A stretch of DNA of 64,000 nucleotides from Paraphysomonas bandaiensis (taxonomy: Eukaryota; Protista; Chrysophyceae): assembly GCA_965644295.1 (NCBI GenBank), contig CBFFRP010000069.1, forward strand, positions 248,001-312,000, in the 5' to 3' direction. This document shows, piece by piece, positions 50,217 to 61,488 of this stretch. The notes under the pieces were generated by a model. The model was given only the letters and a program-made list of their open reading frames with translations, did no database searches and had not been told where the DNA came from. Within the stretch, counting starts at the first letter, position 1, and each line of letters opens with the position of its first letter. The position numbers were made by a program, and so were the translations under genes.

Positions 50217-53200
50217 TGGTTCGGTGGATGTAACGATACAGACAGGGAGGATTCTAATTCAAAGACTCGTGATGAGAATGATGAATGTTCAGTGCATTCT
50301 AATGACCTTAATGAGTTTGCGAATTCCTCCAATGTCTGTATCGGGGATCAGGCTAAGCTGTATGCCTGCTATCCTTCATCCAAGAGCTTCTCTTCAGCGC
50401 ACACTATAGGAAGGATTACTTTAGATAGAAAATTTGGAATAGAGGAGTTAGTAAAAATATTGTGTGACACTGGAGCCCTCTCAGCCAATTATGTGTCGAG
50501 GGATTTGGTGGACAGATTGCGGAACAAACTAGAACCGAGCCGTTTTTATAAAGCTAAACACCGTGTGGTATTGGCGGATAGTAGAACGGTGAAGGATCTC
50601 AATGAAGGAGTCAGATTAAATTTAGTGCTGACTGATCCGAAGAGTCATACCTATCAATATACGGGTGAATTCTTTGTGATTGATATGACGAGTAATGATA
50701 TTATTTTGGGGTTGCCTGCGCTGACTGGAAAATTATATCCTTTCATGTGTGCTGTTATGCGTGAGGCACATGACACTCAAATCGAGGGTGTCTCCGATAA
50801 TGAAAATTCGAATGTGTTGTCATCTCTGGCAGGGGACACGGTTGACTCTGATGACCGTGTGCACCCATGGTCAAGAGCGAGTGATGCTATTGCCCCAGAG
50901 GATGAGGAAACCGAGTTACCGGTTCAATTCAAGGATGCGTTGACATTCTTAGGAAAGTCTAGGGAGGAAGCCCTCCAAGACTATCATGAGCAGATAGAGA
51001 CTCATGTCAGTGATGAAATGAAAAGTGAAACTAAGATTATGGAATTGTTGTCAACGAAGGCTGAAAAAGTGTTCGTGCCTGACGAATGGAGCGGTGTGAG
51101 AGGTGTGGACCCTTTGTCTCTAAAATGGAAAAGCACTCTCCCGGATCGAATGAAACCAAAGGCTCGCCCGATCAATCCTAAGCTGTGGGAGGCTTCGGAG
51201 AAGGAGTTTCGGCGACTGTGTGGCTATTTCTACCGAAAGAGTCGTTCTCCTTGGGCTTCATGCCTAGTGGTTGCTCCCAAAGCCACTCCTCCATACATCC
51301 GTTTTTGTGGTGACTATGTGCAAATTAACAAGCACATGGAAGTGGGAAATTATACGATTCCTAATGTTAAGCATGAGTTGGACAAGATTATCAACTTTCC
51401 GCTATATATGGACATCGATTTAACAAATGCTTTTCATCAAATTCCATTAGATGATGAAACTTCTGAGCGCCTATCAATTCAGACGCCTTGGGGGCAATTT
51501 GCTCCTAATTTCATGCCAGAGGGTATTGCTCCGGCCACGGGTGTTTTACAGGAAACTGTGAGAGAAATATTCGATGATTTCTCTGAGTGGGCCATAGTCA
51601 TTTTCGATAACATGCTTATATTGGCTAATGATGCCAGGGATGCTTATGAGAAGTTCGAGAAGATCATTGACAGATGTATTGAAAGGAATGTGAAACTTAA
51701 GATGCCAAAAAGCTGGTTGGGGTTTAGAAAGGTGGATTTCTTTGGATATGTTTGCCGTCACAAGTCATATGAGGTTAATCCCGATAAGAAGGAGGCTCTC
51801 GGCAAGATTCCAATGCCTACTAACACCAAACAGGCCAGATCGTTGCTGGGTAAAGGGGTATTCTTTTCTAGTTTTACGCCTAGATACTCTGATTTAGTTG
51901 CTCACTTGACTGACATGACAAAGTCGAGTTTCAATTGGGATAAGTCCACATGGCGGCATGACTACGAGGCAGAGTATCGTCGTTTCATTGCCGGACTACA
52001 AGACGCTTGTGAGCTGTTTTATCCGGATTATAATCTTGAGTGGACATTGCGTACTGACGCTAGTGAGTTGGGAATAGGTTCAGTGTTATTGCAAAAGAAA
52101 ATATTAGAGGATGGGAGCATACAGTGGCAGCCTATAGCTTTCATTTCCAAAAAGTTTTCTGCCCAAGCTCAGAAGTGGTCAACTATAGAGCAAGAGGCAT
52201 ATGGAATTTTCTACAGTGTTAAACACTTGGCTTATTACTTAATAGGCAAGCAATTCACAATTGAGACCGACCATAACAATTTATTGTGGATGGAATCTTC
52301 GGATGTTCCAAAGATTACACGATGGAGGATATTCTTGCAGTCTTTCAACTTCAGCATTCGTCATATATCTGGTGCCAAGAATTGGTTGGCGGACTGGTTA
52401 TCTAGAGAGCATCAGGTTGCTATACTCTCTGGAATATTCCCAGAGGAGGAATATGATGACGCCTATTTCATGGGGGATGACTGTAATGAGTATGAGTACT
52501 TTAACTTTCTGGGTAACTTTATGAACCCGGATGATCGAGAGATTGAGGACCCTCCAACATCTCATGTATCACCGGAGACGGCGTTGCGTGAGGTTCATAA
52601 CGCGCGAGTTGGACACATGGGGGGAAGGGCTACCTGGATACGCTTAAACAAAGAGTTCCCGGGTCATAATATTCCTTACAAGGTTGTTGAGGATTATATC
52701 TCTAAGTGCCCAAATTGTGTGAAAACGAGGTTGGCTATGAAGGAGGCTCTTATTCCGATCGTACGAAATCTCAAGCCCCCAAATGCTCGTAGCGCGATTG
52801 GTATAGATGCTGTTGAGATTACACCTCACGGTGCAGAGGGATATACACATATCAACGTGGTGGTCAATCTTTTCACCAAGTTTGTGTACCTTGAACCTGT
52901 CAAAGGTGTGACGGCTCTTAATCTTGCAAATACTATATGGAAATACTGGAGTCATTACGGTCACACAGATCTAATAATCTCGGATCAAGGACCGGATTTG
53001 ACTTCAGATTTGTTCAAACAGTTGACGGAGTACATGGGTGTTCGGCACACTTTTAGTATTGCCAATCGCCATGCAAATGGATGTGAAAGAATTATTGGAG
53101 AAGTAGTTCGACATCTACGTGCTCTGGTCTATGATTACAGTGAACGGGAGGAACGAAAAGACATCTTTGAGGACCCTAGTTGGTTAGCAAGTGTTCAATA

Positions 53201-54200
53201 TCTTCTAAATTCTGAAGTGTCTTCGGAAACAGGATTTTCGCCTTTTGAGTTGACGTTTGGCTCAAAGGATCTTGACTATTTGAACATGGATATCAAAGAT
53301 CTTCCAGATCGGGCGCATGCTAGACTCACTGCGCTTAATGATCAGTTAGCCCAACTCCGAGAGGCTTCCAAAGCTTATCAGCAAAAGTTAGCCACGGAGA
53401 GGGCAGGAACAGGTGTGCATCCCGATAGACAGAATAGGTATCAACCGGGAGATTTTGTCTTATTTGACAAAGGGGCAAAGGTTCATCCTAAGATGTCTCA
53501 CCGGTATATGGGACCTTTCTCAGTCAAGTCCCAGTACAAGAATGACGTAGACTGTCAACATCTCGCCACTGGGCAAGTGGTTCGTGTTTCCGTGAGCGAT
53601 GTTAAATTGTTTCCGGGAGATTCTGATACTGCTTATAAAATGGCTTTACGCGATCAGGATCAACATGTTATTGATGAAATCCTTTATTACCGTGGTGATA
53701 GAGAGGTTCGATCTACCATGGTTTTCACTGTGCGTTTTCAAGATGGAGATGTCCGAGAAGTCCCTTACAGCAAGGATATTTTTGATTCCGTTCCTTATGC
53801 TGAATTCTGTTCTCGAAAACGATATCTTTACCATCTTATTTATACTGCTGACTATGCAAAGAAATACATCGCGGATTTCCGCCGGCAACCGATCACTCAG
53901 TTTCAACCTGGTGATCTAGCCTATGTTGATTTGCGAATTTATGGTGATGCTTGGTACGATGAGTTGGAATTACCAGATTCTCATCTCATTACTTATGTAG
54001 CTCCTATCCAGTTCACACACTGGTATCACAAGAGCTCTAAGCGAGTTTTATCGGTGAAGGATCTTCTCACTCTCCGTACCTACCGTTATGATAATTACCT
54101 AGTGCATTGCTTTGTTCATTCCGAGGTGAATGCTAGCACAATGGTACTCGTGGACGAGGATTTTGCCAACAAATATCCTCAGGTCCGTGCGTCTTATTAA
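50217..54200 (+). CDS. pol: Gypsy Pol: protease, RT, RNase H, integrase, chromodomain-like tail
   Basis: CDTGA; RFCGDY, IDLTNAFHQI, MPEG, IFDN; TDAS..EQEA..TDH..ADWLSR; H-H-CPNC, IDAV, SDQG, CERI; GPF; VIDEILYYRG...FTVRFQDG. Confidence 0.93.
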   Translation, partial: WFGGCNDTDREDSNSKTRDENDECSVHSNDLNEFANSSNVCIGDQAKLYACYPSSKSFSSAHTIGRITLDRKFGIEELVKILCDTGALSANYVSRDLVDRLRNKLEPSRFYKAKHRVVLADSRTVKDLNEGVRLNLVLTDPKSHTYQYTGEFFVIDMTSNDIILGLPALTGKLYPFMCAVMREAHDTQIEGVSDNENSNVLSSLAGDTVDSDDRVHPWSRASDAIAPEDEETELPVQFKDALTFLGKSREEALQDYHEQIETHVSDEMKSETKIMELLSTKAEKVFVPDEWSGVRGVDPLSLKWKSTLPDRMKPKARPINPKLWEASEKEFRRLCGYFYRKSRSPWASCLVVAPKATPPYIRFCGDYVQINKHMEVGNYTIPNVKHELDKIINFPLYMDIDLTNAFHQIPLDDETSERLSIQTPWGQFAPNFMPEGIAPATGVLQETVREIFDDFSEWAIVIFDNMLILANDARDAYEKFEKIIDRCIERNVKLKMPKSWLGFRKVDFFGYVCRHKSYEVNPDKKEALGKIPMPTNTKQARSLLGKGVFFSSFTPRYSDLVAHLTDMTKSSFNWDKSTWRHDYEAEYRRFIAGLQDACELFYPDYNLEWTLRTDASELGIGSVLLQKKILEDGSIQWQPIAFISKKFSAQAQKWSTIEQEAYGIFYSVKHLAYYLIGKQFTIETDHNNLLWMESSDVPKITRWRIFLQSFNFSIRHISGAKNWLADWLSREHQVAILSGIFPEEEYDDAYFMGDDCNEYEYFNFLGNFMNPDDREIEDPPTSHVSPETALREVHNARVGHMGGRATWIRLNKEFPGHNIPYKVVEDYISKCPNCVKTRLAMKEALIPIVRNLKPPNARSAIGIDAVEITPHGAEGYTHINVVVNLFTKFVYLEPVKGVTALNLANTIWKYWSHYGHTDLIISDQGPDLTSDLFKQLTEYMGVRHTFSIANRHANGCERIIGEVVRHLRALVYDYSEREERKDIFEDPSWLASVQYLLNSEVSSETGFSPFELTFGSKDLDYLNMDIKDLPDRAHARLTALNDQLAQLREASKAYQQKLATERAGTGVHPDRQNRYQPGDFVLFDKGAKVHPKMSHRYMGPFSVKSQYKNDVDCQHLATGQVVRVSVSDVKLFPGDSDTAYKMALRDQDQHVIDEILYYRGDREVRSTMVFTVRFQDGDVREVPYSKDIFDSVPYAEFCSRKRYLYHLIYTADYAKKYIADFRRQPITQFQPGDLAYVDLRIYGDAWYDELELPDSHLITYVAPIQFTHWYHKSSKRVLSVKDLLTLRTYRYDNYLVHCFVHSEVNASTMVLVDEDFANKYPQVRASY

Positions 54201-54385
54201 GTTCCACGCTGGACACATTATTCTTATTGCTCTCTCAATTCCATTCCATATCAAATTATTATTATATAACTTATAATTCTCCGGGGATTTTCGTTTTGAC
54301 GGCTACGTAACACCTAGTCCCGTTGGCATTTGTGAATACCGGAGGCATGCTATTCTGTAGACAACCAAAACGGGGGAGGAGGCAG

Positions 54386-55392
54386 TGTGACCACGTGGCA
54401 TTTCCCATGCCCTATCTACGTGGCTATAGTATCACGCTATTGAGTCACATGCATGGTTACATTGACTTTTAGGACCCTATGTTGGTTTAAGACCCTATAT
54501 CAGGACCCTATATATTGCTTTAGGACCTTCATTGTGTTCAGGATACATATTATGCAACACCATTTGGACATTGGTAATGTACCACAGTGTACCTACATAT
54601 TGAGCCAACGTTCGGGTATGATGTCCAATTTTATCTGCTGATGATGATGTACGACTATGATCTGCTGCTGGTGACTTCGGTCGATGTGAAACCTGCTGCA
54701 AATTTATATCAAAGTTATGTGGGCCCGTATTCCTGTATAGCAGTTGCAGTATATACTTCCATATACATACATACATGTATTACCCGTACTACCCTATAGG
54801 GGGGCAAGTACATGTGACCATCATAAGAGAGAAGTCGCTATTGTACACTTGAGATGCACGAGTGTTTATGCAAGGCTTATTGGGGTTCGATTGCAAATGT
54901 GGTATGCGTACTATACGTACTATACGTACCGTATTTATGTATTTCCTGGATTATGGGGTTTTCAGTCTCTGGTAGGGTATAGATACGTAGTATACGGTGT
55001 ACTCTCGGCATATGCTGGTGAGTCACTCCCTATCAGGTTGCTGTGTATTTTTCAGTTTTTGATTGAAGAGTTACGCAACCTGTGGTGGTGTGATGATACC
55101 ACGTGTGTTGCACCATGTTAGGAGTGTGTGTGTGTGCATATATGCTTCTATGGTGTTCATCACTTGTTTTAAGTTAGACCAAAGCTTGGTGCTAGTGATC
55201 TTGGGTGCCAGCGGTATACCATTGCGCGGTGACTCTTCGCGGGAGTCACTAACTGAGTTTAGGTCTAAACTTGGAAAAAAGTGTTTTAATAATAATACCG
55301 TTATTACTGTGCTTGTTGGTTCAGTGTAGGTGTTGTTGTAGTTTTATTGTTTACGAGCCAACACCCTGGTTATCAAACCGGGTGTTGTTATA
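54386..55392 (+). repeat. Gypsy 3' LTR
   Basis: Follows the PPT; matches the 5' LTR with about 21 substitutions and 2 single-base indels (manual count). Confidence 0.95.
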
Positions 55393-57158
55393 GGTGATGG
55401 TCGTGTACGGCGGAAACGGCTACAGCGTAGGTTGGCGAACGCATCGGTGTTAGGAGAAATAAATATGGTTGAGGTGCCAGATGCATGCACTGTTAACTTT
55501 AAACATGCAGAGTTTCAACATGATGACTTTAAGATACCAGACTCCTATTATGCTGAAGCGGAGAGATCTCCACAGTACATGAAGTGGCGAGAAGCTCGGA
55601 AGGTGGAGAAGACCTCACTACTGAAGAGACGTGTCTTAAAGATTGTGCGGACTCCACGGCCCGGGGAGTGAAGTTGGTGCGAGCTAAGTATGTTCACACG
55701 GTGAAGAGAGACCTTCTGGGGAATGTAGTCAAGTATAAGGCGCGGCTGGTTGCATTAGGGAATCTACAAGAAAAAACGGAGGAGGAGCAGTCCACGTTTG
55801 CTCCAGTGGTCAAAGGAATAACCATTCGACTGGTCCTCGCGATTGCGTTTATGTTCCATATGCATGTACATCAGTTGGATGTATCATCAGCGTTTTGTTA
55901 TGCCGATCTTGAAGAGGATGTTTATATGGCACCTCCACCTGATGAAGAGTTGCCAGCGGGGTGGTGTTTTCAATTGATCAAGGCCTTATATGGTTTGCGG
56001 TCATCACCGAGGCAGTGGAACAAGCATATTGACAAGTTTATCAAATCGTTACATTTTACTGCTTGCATTTTAGATACATGCTTGTATATGCGATGGAGTA
56101 ATGGTCAATTGCACTTATTGCTGATATATGTTGATGATATTATCATTGCATCTGCTGATCTCACCTACTTAGAAAGTGTTAAACGTAGGTTCTGCGAAAC
56201 GTTTGAAATGCACGATCTGGGTGTGTGCAAACGGTTTCTGAATATCAGAATCACGAGAGGAGAGGACTGGTACATGTTAGATCAATCGGAATATGCCAAG
56301 AATATTGTAAAGAAATTCGATTCGTTTATGGGGAAGAGCAGTAAGAATAAGGAGACTCCACTACCTACCAATGTTCAGGATTTGTTGGCAGAGCAACGTG
56401 AGCTGACGGAGGAGCAGAAGCAGTGGGTCGAATCATTTCCGTATAGAGGAATTATTGGAGCGGTGTTGCATTTGGCGATTCACACTAGACCTGATCTGGC
56501 TTACGCTGTGGGGTTATTGGCTCGATTTAGTACTTCTCCAACATATGCGACTTGCAGATTAGCTATTCATTTGTTGAAATATTTACGTGGTACAGTTGAA
56601 AAGGGAATCAGATTCAGTGGGAGTGGGTTTGATTTACATGTATTCAGTGATTCAGACTGGGCTGGTGATAGGATGACTAGGCGGTCCACAACGGGATACA
56701 TCGTGCTTTTATGTGCGGGCGCTTTGGCCTGGCAGTCCAAGCTTCAGACCACAGTTGCGACTTCGAGCATGGAATCTGAGTATATGGCGGAGTATGCGGC
56801 TTTGCAAGAACTGGTGTGGCTTCGGGGGGTGTTCAAGGAGCTCGGACTCTTGGTAGCGAAGTCGACTCCATTCTTTATGGATAGTAAGAGTGCAAAGGAT
56901 CTTTCAGAGAATCCAGTGTATCATAAGAGGTCGAAGCATATTGACATCAAGTATCACTGGATAAGAGAACATGTTAATGGCAAATTTCCTACAGCAAAGT
57001 TGATTCATGTATCTACGGACGATATGGCGGCCGATATTTTTACAAAGGCGTTGTCCACGAAGATCTTCAGCCGTCATGAGAAAACGATTACCGGGGTTAA
57101 GAGGAGTGTGTCTAACAGTGTGGAGGAGCAGCAGAAGAAACGACCCCGAAGAGGTTAA
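55393..57158 (+). pseudogene. Copia RT-RNase H portion (frameshift at ~55665)
   Basis: KYKARLVALG, TFAPV, QLDVSSAF, KALYGLRSSPRQW, YVDD, TRPDLAYAV, SDSDWAG, RSKHIDIKYH, ADIFTKAL. Confidence 0.92.
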
Positions 57159-57337
57159 AGGTGTGTTTTAGTGGGTGAAAATCCCACATAACTGTATATC
57201 TAGTTGACTGCTAGATATATATGTATCTTTAAAAGATTTCACATCTGTTTTTACCTATGGGACTAGATAGTCATAGCATTATCAGATTATTGTGATCACT
57301 GTTGTTTTATCTCACTGCATTCTACATTGAGTGGGAG

Positions 57338-57631
57338 TATTAGAATATGGATCTTATTCTAGTATATTCAGTATGTCACTTGAAGACAATGTACGAGAAT
57401 ACAGTGAAATATAGTGATGTACAAATGCTGTGATGATATTGAGAAACTGAAATAGTTTGATCTTTCAAGATATGTTCAGTAACGAGAGGTTCGCATATGT
57501 AGGATATTATGCAGGGATTATAATGAGTTAGTGTTGGTTATCACAACTTCGTGTAAACGATATTAATAAATCTATCTAGTCTTACGACAAATTCTCTCTG
57601 TGATCTAGTGTAAAATGAGCGTTTCTCAATA
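57338..57631 (+). repeat. Copia 3' LTR
   Basis: Identical to 43490-43783 and followed by TSD tattt. Confidence 0.95.
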
Positions 57632-58002
57632 TATTTCGAAAAAACGATCCATAGTTGTCATTGCAAATGACTGATATCTGATATCATGGATACCGGCCGA
57701 ATATAGCAAAGCAATGGATTCGCCTCGTCAGTGTATTTTCGCTGATATGGTCGCGAATAATAACAACACAAAAGTAAGGGGATAGTCATCACTAATATCC
57801 AGGAGCTCACAATGAGAATACATTAAGATATTACGTCGCACGTCGTACCACATAATTATTATTAATATAATGTTATTCATAATCTGACCATATAAACTAT
57901 ATTAGAGTATGCAAGTAGATTTCGCTAAATGAACAAAATATATTCTGTCTATACACAGAGATTGACAAATCATGTAATCCACACACTGATGGCACAACCG
58001 CA

Positions 58003-59064
58003 TTAGTCCTCTTTCTCACTTTTCGCGCTCACAGCTGACATCGACTTTGACGGAGGAGGTCTGCTGCTAGCCTCCAGTTTTGCAGCCATTGCGGCATCTT
58101 CAGGGTCATCGTCATCACCTGCATATCCTGCATTCTTCGCATTGTAGTCTTTGTACCATTCAAGAAGAGGAAAGAAGTCAACCTCTTGGTCCCCAACCAC
58201 TCCCAGCTGGTTAAGCACCGCCGGCATCTCCTCTTCCGGTACAAACACAGCAACCTTGACGAAAAAGTCCGCGAGAAGCTCTTGTGGAAGAGTTCCACTC
58301 TTTTTCTTATCAAGTTTTTTAAACTCTTTTCGGAATACACGTTCCTCCATGTCCTCTATCGATGGGCCCTTGGCTTGACTGTTTACGAAATTCTCAATCA
58401 AATTACCAAACTTAAGCTTAATCAGATAACACCCTATAATGAAGAATCCCAACCAATATGTTACTACTAGGTAGGTACTAAATTCGTAGAGCATCGGCGC
58501 AGTGCCAGCACAGAAGAGAGACAAGTCGAGCAACGCTGTTCCAATGCACCATATAAGAAAGCTCACAAAAGCAATTAACATGTAGACACCCATCAGCCAT
58601 TTTAACGAGCGAAATGGGCGAAGCAAATGGAAGCCCATCCCTGTAAAAGGAACGGTAACATAAACTTTACTTCCCAGGAAGGACCATGAGTATACCAGCA
58701 AGAAAATATAGCACACAAAAAGAGCGAGACTGATAAATGCTACAAAAAGTAACATATTAACACATTTTCTATATAACAGTATATAAAACTTACTATCCAG
58801 TGCATAGCCACAATAGCCTGTCCATGTATTTAACACTAAATGTCCAGATACTATCGTAATAATAGAGAAGAGTGCAGGTAGAAATGTTCCAAGGAGTATA
58901 GGACCTGACCATTTTCTTAGAAATGCATCATCTTCACTCAAAGAGGGAATCTCTGGATGAGATTTTTGACTTTGTATTGTAGCTGATCGTAATAAATCTG
59001 GATTAGTTGATGCACGTGATGCATTTGTAAATGTTCTAGTGACTGTTTTTTTCTTATCTTCCAT
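58003..59064 (-). CDS. Four-TM membrane protein with C-terminal EF-hand-like pair
   Basis: Four hydrophobic spans; FKKLDKKKSGTL and GDQEVDFFPLLEWY EF-hand-like motifs; in-frame 54-nt GT-AG intron at 58793-58740. Confidence 0.72.
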   Translation of the reverse strand: MEDKKKTVTRTFTNASRASTNPDLLRSATIQSQKSHPEIPSLSEDDAFLRKWSGPILLGTFLPALFSIITIVSGHLVLNTWTGYCGYALDSKFYILLYRKCVNMLLFVAFISLALFVCYIFLLVYSWSFLGSKVYVTVPFTGMGFHLLRPFRSLKWLMGVYMLIAFVSFLIWCIGTALLDLSLFCAGTAPMLYEFSTYLVVTYWLGFFIIGCYLIKLKFGNLIENFVNSQAKGPSIEDMEERVFRKEFKKLDKKKSGTLPQELLADFFVKVAVFVPEEEMPAVLNQLGVVGDQEVDFFPLLEWYKDYNAKNAGYAGDDDDPEDAAMAAKLEASSRPPPSKSMSAVSAKSEKED

Positions 59065-59812
59065 TATTTGTTATATATATATATATATGTGTGTGTATGT
59101 GTTGATTGATAGAGAATTAGATAGTAAGGGTTGGTTGATGTGATGTCATGCAGGAGGGTTTAATATGATTGTGGTGATAGTGTGTTTAGTATATATATAT
59201 ATATATGTGTCTGTATATGTATATAATAATGCAGCTGAGGAGAGCTGTAACTGTAACACTCTGTATATACATACACACACTGCTGCTGCTGTACTGCTGT
59301 ACATATAGAGACATACATACTGCTGTACTGCTGTACATATATAGCTGCATGTACATATATATGTATATGAATAAGTACAGCAGCCGCTATACTGCTGTAC
59401 ATCAGTACACTTGTATATGTACATGTACATGTACATGTACACCCGTACTGTGTACTGTTGTATTTAAGTGCTTTTCCGTTGTAAATATTTCCTCATCTCT
59501 TATAAATCCATGGTTTTGTATTAAACCCCTACTTTAGTTTCTGGTGTCGCATATAGTGGAGAAAACCAATAGTTTGTTCACTGGTTTGGTGGAATTTCCG
59601 TTGTGTCTGTCTAAAATCCTCTATTTTTATAGAAAATATACATAATATATCAATATACTACATCAAAACCTTTACTATTTCTATAAACACCAGTTTTCAA
59701 ACCTTAAAAGCCGTTAAAATAGAACCTGTCTGTTAAGTAACTACAACGAGCTCACTTAAGAGATAATTTCACAATGAATATCAGACTATATCATGAATAA
59801 ATAACTTTCATT

Positions 59813-61299
59813 ATGAATTATCAACAATATAATGCACCATATGAATGTAATGAACATGATGAATCGGATGGATGGGTGTTGTATTATTCCCCTGAAGGAT
59901 ATCCTTATTACTATAATACATACACAGGAGACTCTCAATGGGCTGAATATAATGAGACATATAATCAAGATACAGGAAATGAAATAGATCAATCACAGTC
60001 AGTATCTGATGAAGAACATGAATATAGTGATGAGTATAGTTCACAATCAGATGATGAAAAGGAGTTTGAAGAATACATGCAGACTACAGAGGGACAACAA
60101 AGATATGAAGTAAGATATCTAAACACACACTATATACACACTATATACATATATACTGTACATACACACTCACTAAGTATGCAATCGATATTTATATACA
60201 CTCACTATATATGCTCACTATATATACTTATCTATACTATATACATGTGTTATCTATAGCATATACACGCTTATTAACTGTACTATATATACACTCACTA
60301 TCTGCACACTGTATACCTATGCTACCTACTCACTTGTTATATATACACTTATTATCTACTCTACCGTATATATTCTCTACACTATGTGTACGCTTAGTAG
60401 CTATATATATACTGGATTGACTCCTAATATATAATTTTTATAGAAGGAGCAGAGATATGTGGAGCGCTATATGGAACGACAGTCTTTTTTAGAAGCACAA
60501 GCCCTTCCTGAGCCCCCCTTCCAATGGCAAGAAAGCGAGAGTTACTCAAGTCAATATGGTGAAACGCTCTCTGCGGAAGAAGCCGCACAGTTTATCTCTA
60601 CATATGGTCTTCCACCACCGCCGCAACACTCTCTTCCCCTAGACCAGACAGAAAAGAAGGTTCGGTTTTCTCGTAGTGTGAAGAGTAGGGCGGATATAGA
60701 GGGTGGGAGGAGTAGTAGTGGTGAAGAGGGCAGCGAGGAGGAGAGTGATATATCCTCAGTTTCGACAGAAGATCCTGATGTGAAAACGGTAGGACTTAAA
60801 TGTGCTGCATGTATATATAGGACTATGTATCAGACACGTTAAAATGTATTTCTGTATTTGTGCCCCATTCATTTATTTGTTAATATCTCCAAATTTATTG
60901 AATTGATTCTGGTGCAAACAGATACGGGCACCCCTTGTACCTGTGTGGATCAGTAGTAGTACTACAATGATTTTAGGCGTATTAGATCGTATTTTTCGAG
61001 CTCCCGTGGCGGCAGCTTTTAACACCTTGATAAGATCATTCACGACTGAGGGTCGAGTAACATCTTCTCACTCCGCACCAACTGACCCTGTGCCAGTCAT
61101 CGACTCAACTCCAGACAATGAAGCCGCAGTTTCTGTTCCGGATCCTCAACAACCTTCTGTCGACTCCAAGCGGTCATGGGGATGGGAACCACTGGCGACT
61201 TATGCAGCTACCAATACATGGAAATATTTATTAGCAGCATCTGAATATATTGTTGATGGTGATCAAAATGAAGCGAAACCTGAGTCACTTCCACCCTAA
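59813..61299 (+). CDS. WW-domain protein (3 exons)
   Basis: DGWVLYYSPEGYPYYYNTYTGDSQWA; exons 59813-60109, 60444-60788 and 60922-61299 splice in phase 0. Confidence 0.78.
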
Positions 61300-61488
61300 T
61301 GTTGTCAGATTCTATTGTGTATGACATGTACAGCTAGTTAGTGTTATTTTTTGCATATTATGATATCTTAATAAATATGTGAAATGGGTGTATTTCTGCT
61401 CCAGCTTACTATCTGGAGATAACCGCATTACTACATATGAGTATGTATAATTATACGAATACCACAACTTTCTACTGATTGTCAGGGA

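Larger units (their letters stand above)
46898..55392 (+). mobile_element. Ty3/Gypsy chromodomain LTR retrotransposon nested in the Copia
   Basis: ~1005-bp LTRs, PPT gggggaggaggcag (54372-54385), gag plus PR-RT-RH-IN-chromo domain order. Confidence 0.96.
43490..57631 (+). mobile_element. Ty1/Copia LTR retrotransposon (defective ORF, hosts the nested Gypsy)
   Basis: Two identical 294-bp LTRs; TSD tattt (43485-43489 and 57632-57636); PBS tggtagcgagcg at 43784; PPT gagtgggag; gag-PR-IN-RT-RH domain order. Confidence 0.96.
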
